A DNA stretch of 64,000 nt, taken from Dendrobates tinctorius. Its lineage: Eukaryota. The stretch spans positions 8,680,001-8,744,000 of the forward strand of contig NW_027361688.1 in assembly GCF_039654945.1 (NCBI RefSeq), given 5' to 3'. A program made the position numbers and the translations under genes. Below the pieces are notes generated by a model that saw only the letters and a list, made by a program, of their open reading frames with translations, ran no database searches and was not told the origin of the DNA. Shown piece after piece: positions 60,142-64,000 of the stretch (positions within the stretch are counted from its first letter, which is position 1; every line of letters starts with the position of its first letter).

Positions 60142-61490
60142 AGCAAGAGAATAAAGGACAGAGAGAGAAAGAAGAAAGAACAGAGAGAGAAAGAAAGAAC
60201 AGAAAGAGAGGGGAAAGAAAGAACAGAGAGCAAAAGAAAGAACAAAGAGAGAAAGAAAGGGGAAAGAAAGAAAGAACAGAGAGAAAGAGGGGAAAGAAAG
60301 AACAGAGAGAAAGAAAGAACACAGAGAAAGAAAGAGGGGACAGAAAAATAAGAACAGAGAAAGAAAGAGGGGAAAGAAAGAACAGATAAAGAGAGAGCAG
60401 AGAGAAAAAGAAAGAACAGAGAGAAAAGAGAAAGGAAGAACAGAGAGAAAGAAAGAACAGATACAGAAAGGGGAAAGAAAGAACAGAGAAAGAAAGCAAA
60501 ACAAAAAATAACAGTGAGAGAAAGAAAGAGGGGAAAGAAAGAACAGATAAAGAGAAAGAGCAGAGAGAAAAAGAAAGAACAGAGAGAAAAGAGAAAGGAA
60601 GAACAGAGAGAAAGAAAGAACAGAGAGAGAAAGGGGAAAGAAAGAACAGAGAAAGAAAGCAAAACAAAAAAGAACAGTGAGAGAAAGAAAGATGGGACAG
60701 AAAAAAGAACATAGGGAGAGCAAAAGAAAGAAAGAGGGGAAAGAAAGACAGAACAAAGAGATAAAGAAAGAGGGGAAAGAAAGAAGAGAGACAGAAAGAA
60801 AGAAGTAAAGAAAGAAAGAGAAAGAACAGATAGAAAGAAAGAGGGGAAAGAAAAAGAAAGAAAGAAAGGGGAAAAAATGGAAAGAAAGAAAGAGGGGAAA
60901 GAAATAGAAAGAAAAAAAGAGGGGAAAGAAAGAAAAAAAGAACAGAGAGAGAGAATGAAAGAACAGAGAGAGAGAATGAAAAAAAGATTAGAGAGAGAAA
61001 GAAAGAACAGAGAAAGAAAGAGGGGACAGAAAAAACAGAGAGAGAGAAAGAGGGGAAAGAAAGAACAGAGAAAGAAAGAGGAGACAGAAAAAAAGAACAA
61101 AGGGAGAGCGAAAGAAAGAGGGGAAAGAAAGAACAGAGAGAGAAAGAAAGGGGAAAGAAAGAATAGAGAGAAAGAGAAAGAAAAAGAAAGAAAGAGGAAA
61201 GAAAGAACAGAGTGATAGAGAAAGAAAGAGGGGAAAGAAAGAACAGAGAAAGAAATAAAGAGGAAAAAAGAAAGAAATAAAGAGGAAAAAAGAAAGAAAG
61301 AACAGAGATAGAAAGAAAGAAAGAGTGGAATAAAGAACAGAGAGATAAAGAAAGAAAGAACAGAGGGAAAGAAAGAAAGAAAGAAAGAGGGGAAAGAAAG
61401 AACAGAGAGGGAAAGAGAGGGAAAGACAGAACAGAGAATGAGAAAGAAACAGAGAGAAAGAACAGAGAAAGAAAGAAACAGAGAGAAAGA
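60142..61490. repeat. GA-rich polypurine simple repeat
   Basis: GAAAGAAAGAACAGAGA-type units over ~1.35 kb. Confidence 0.95.
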
Positions 61491-61804
61491 TTCTATAAAG
61501 ATACTATAGCAGCCCGATTCCCATTGTAATGCTCACCTGAGCCTCCCGGTGCAGGACATATCATGATCCACTCACATGGCCGGCATCCCTGATTCCAAGG
61601 CGATCCTGCTGTCCGCGCCGTTGGAGGAGGACATGGTGATGGATCTGAAGCATTCCTGGTTCCATCACAATCTCTTCATGAAATTACCTCATTTCTGGTC
61701 AGCTTCCAGCACATCACTTCCGGTGGACCGTCATGTGCGAGTTTTAAAGTGCTCCTCGGGGATCCGCCGTGTACTCCTCTGTCTGTGGGAAAAGCCCGCT
61801 TTGT

Positions 61805-62790
61805 ATGCCTCGTACACACTTGGCTCCACTCCGTACATTCCGTACACATATGGCTCCACTCTGTACACACACGGCTCTGCTCCACATACCCCATACACAC
61901 GCGGCTCCGCTCCGTACACCAAGTACACACACGACTCCGCTCCATACACCTCATACACACGTGGCTCCGCTCCGTACACCTGTGGCTCCGCTCCGTACAC
62001 CTCATACACACGCGGCTCCACTCCGTACACCTTGTACACACATGGCTCCACTCTGAACACCTCATACACACGTGGCTCCATGCACCTCGTACACGCGCGG
62101 CTCCGTACACCTTGTACACCTCATACACGCGCGACTCCACTCCGTACACACTGGACACATGCGGCTCCGCCCCATACACACGTGGCTTCGCTCTGTACAC
62201 CTCATACACACATGGCTCCGTACACCTCCTACACACACAGCTCCGCTCCATACACACGCGGCTTCACTCCGTACACCTCCTACACACACGGCTCCGCTCC
62301 GTACACACGCGGCTCTGCTCCGTACGCCCCGTACACACTCGGCTTTGCCCTGTACACCTCATACCCACATGGCTCCATACACCTCGTACACACGCAGCTC
62401 CGCACAGTACACCTCATACACGTGGCTCCGTACACCTCATACACGCGCGGCTTTGCTCTGTACACCTCGTACACACGTGGCTCCACTCCGTACACCTCGT
62501 ACACATGTGGCTCCACTCCGTACACCTCGTACGCACACGGCTCCGCTCCGTACACCTCGTACACACACGGCTCTGCTCCGTGCACCTCGTACGCACACGG
62601 CTCCGCTCCGTACACCTCGTACTCACATGGATCTGCTCCGTACACCTCGTACACACACGGCTCTGCTCCGTACACCTCGTACACACACGGCTCTGCTCCG
62701 TACACCACGTACACACACGGCTCTGCTCCGTACACCTCGTACACACACATCTCTGCTCCGCACACCTCGTACACACACAGCCCTGCTACA
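61805..62790. repeat. ~30-bp minisatellite
   Basis: Unit CCGTACACCTCGTACACACACGGCTCTGCT. Confidence 0.93.
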
Positions 62791-64000
62791 TCCAGAAGGT
62801 AAACCCCTCCTGACCCCACAAAGAAACTTTACCTCATCCAGCACCATGACAACCAACACAGCAGAGTCCTGCAGAGTGCAGACACGGAGGCCCCTGATCA
62901 TGTGACCCCCGACTCCTCCCCTCTCACAGGTCCTGTGCGCACAGAACACACAGCACAGCAATATCTTTGCAGGCTGCAGTGGGTCTATCTGGAAGGGTGA
63001 GGATGGCGTCGGTGCATGGGGGTGGGGCGTGGCAGCTCAGTGCAATGCGGGAAAAACAGTGTCCTGGGTGGGGGGTGTCAAAAACGGGACTGTCCCGCAA
63101 GAATCGGGACGGTTGGGAGCTATGCAGTCATGCTTGATGTAGATGGCTTTGAGGATCTTATGGTCCATTGAAATTGGTGGTGAACATGGGAAGCAACTCA
63201 GAAGTTGTTATTAAGTTTGGGAAGCCATAGATTGTTTTGAGGGTTTCTCTTTTTAATGTTTTGGACAGATGGTGGGTGGCGTAGTGTCATCTGTGCTATT
63301 CAAACTCCGCTGACCATTAGAAGGTGCAGCAATGACATGTGCTATTAAAGGGGAGAGGTGGACGATCTGCTGGTCCTCCGAGAATAATTTCAGACTGCCT
63401 TACCCTGACAGGCCATTTGGCAAGTAGGGCCTTCCCTGGAGTCTGATCCTAAACTAAGTGTGAGTTGCTGTATATTGGATATAGTGCTTATTCCAAGAAA
63501 TTCTGCAGCGACGGAGATTCTGGGACATTTTTAGCACGGCGACTATGAGTGCATGAGCTGGTGACACTTGTCTGAATTCTCTGGTTTTGTGGTGTAATCC
63601 CTGGCACAGGACAGTTTGTACACCGATATTTTACGGGCGGATGAGAATAAAATCTCATGTTCTCGGCTGCTCCTGTAATGCACTGTGGATACTGTATATT
63701 ATCTATATCTTCTCTATCTACTGTATCTTCCTGTGTAATCTGTGGGAATACGGTGTCAGATGTGTCCCAGTGTATTACATACACTCTATTCCAGAGTCTA
63801 CGGATCCTTGCTGCTTTGTTCTAATCTTACCTAAGCCAGCAAGTCCGGAGCTCTGAATAGTAAGAGAAGTGAGGAGACAGGAACGGATCCAGCTCCAATG
63901 GAGATAAAATCCCAAACTGTTATTAGATGATAAAATCATGGTCACATCCAAGGACTGTCCATAACAGGTGTCACCAACGCGTTTCTGGACACCATGAGTA

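Larger units (their letters stand above)
59780..63124. mobile_element. Non-autonomous TIR element with 7-bp TSD (possibly P superfamily), spanning the assembly gap
   Basis: CATACCTCACAA ... TTGGGAGCTATG termini; TSD CAGTCAT (59773-59779, 63125-63131); subterminal GGGAC motifs. Confidence 0.7.

Noticed and set aside
59610-62905. Long F/L/S-rich, K/E/R-rich and YTHGSAP-repeat ORFs
   Set aside because: Translations of the GA simple repeat, the N gap and the 30-bp minisatellite

Overview
Vertebrate genomic DNA, very probably from a frog (inferred from the T2/Kolobok-type, Harbinger, hAT and Tc1 repeat families and the TRIM gene type). The window holds a tandem cluster of four same-strand TRIM25/finTRIM-like RING-Bbox1-Bbox2-coiled-coil-B30.2 genes with intronless CDS. 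Three are intact (2365-3969, 17179-18768, 29024-30625). The fourth (56553-59170) has a nonsense codon and a hAT MITE insertion. Intergenic DNA is almost entirely nested transposons: three solo LTRs with TSDs, Tc1 elements, MITEs, a Helitron end, a SINE, LINE relics and several minimal hammerhead ribozymes of Penelope/retrozyme type. The most striking structure is a complete 9.26-kb hAT element (31622-40884; TIRs, 8-bp TSD, intact 1179-aa BED-DDE transposase). Its ORF lies between two different, highly homogeneous tandem arrays (~17 x 133 bp upstream, ~12 x 130 bp downstream). It also has a CCAAT/TATA promoter, a 2.6-kb sense-strand leader with no ATG, and a long G-U-compatible hairpin after the stop codon. 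One assembly gap (60002-60141). All calls are from reading the sequence; no database search was run.
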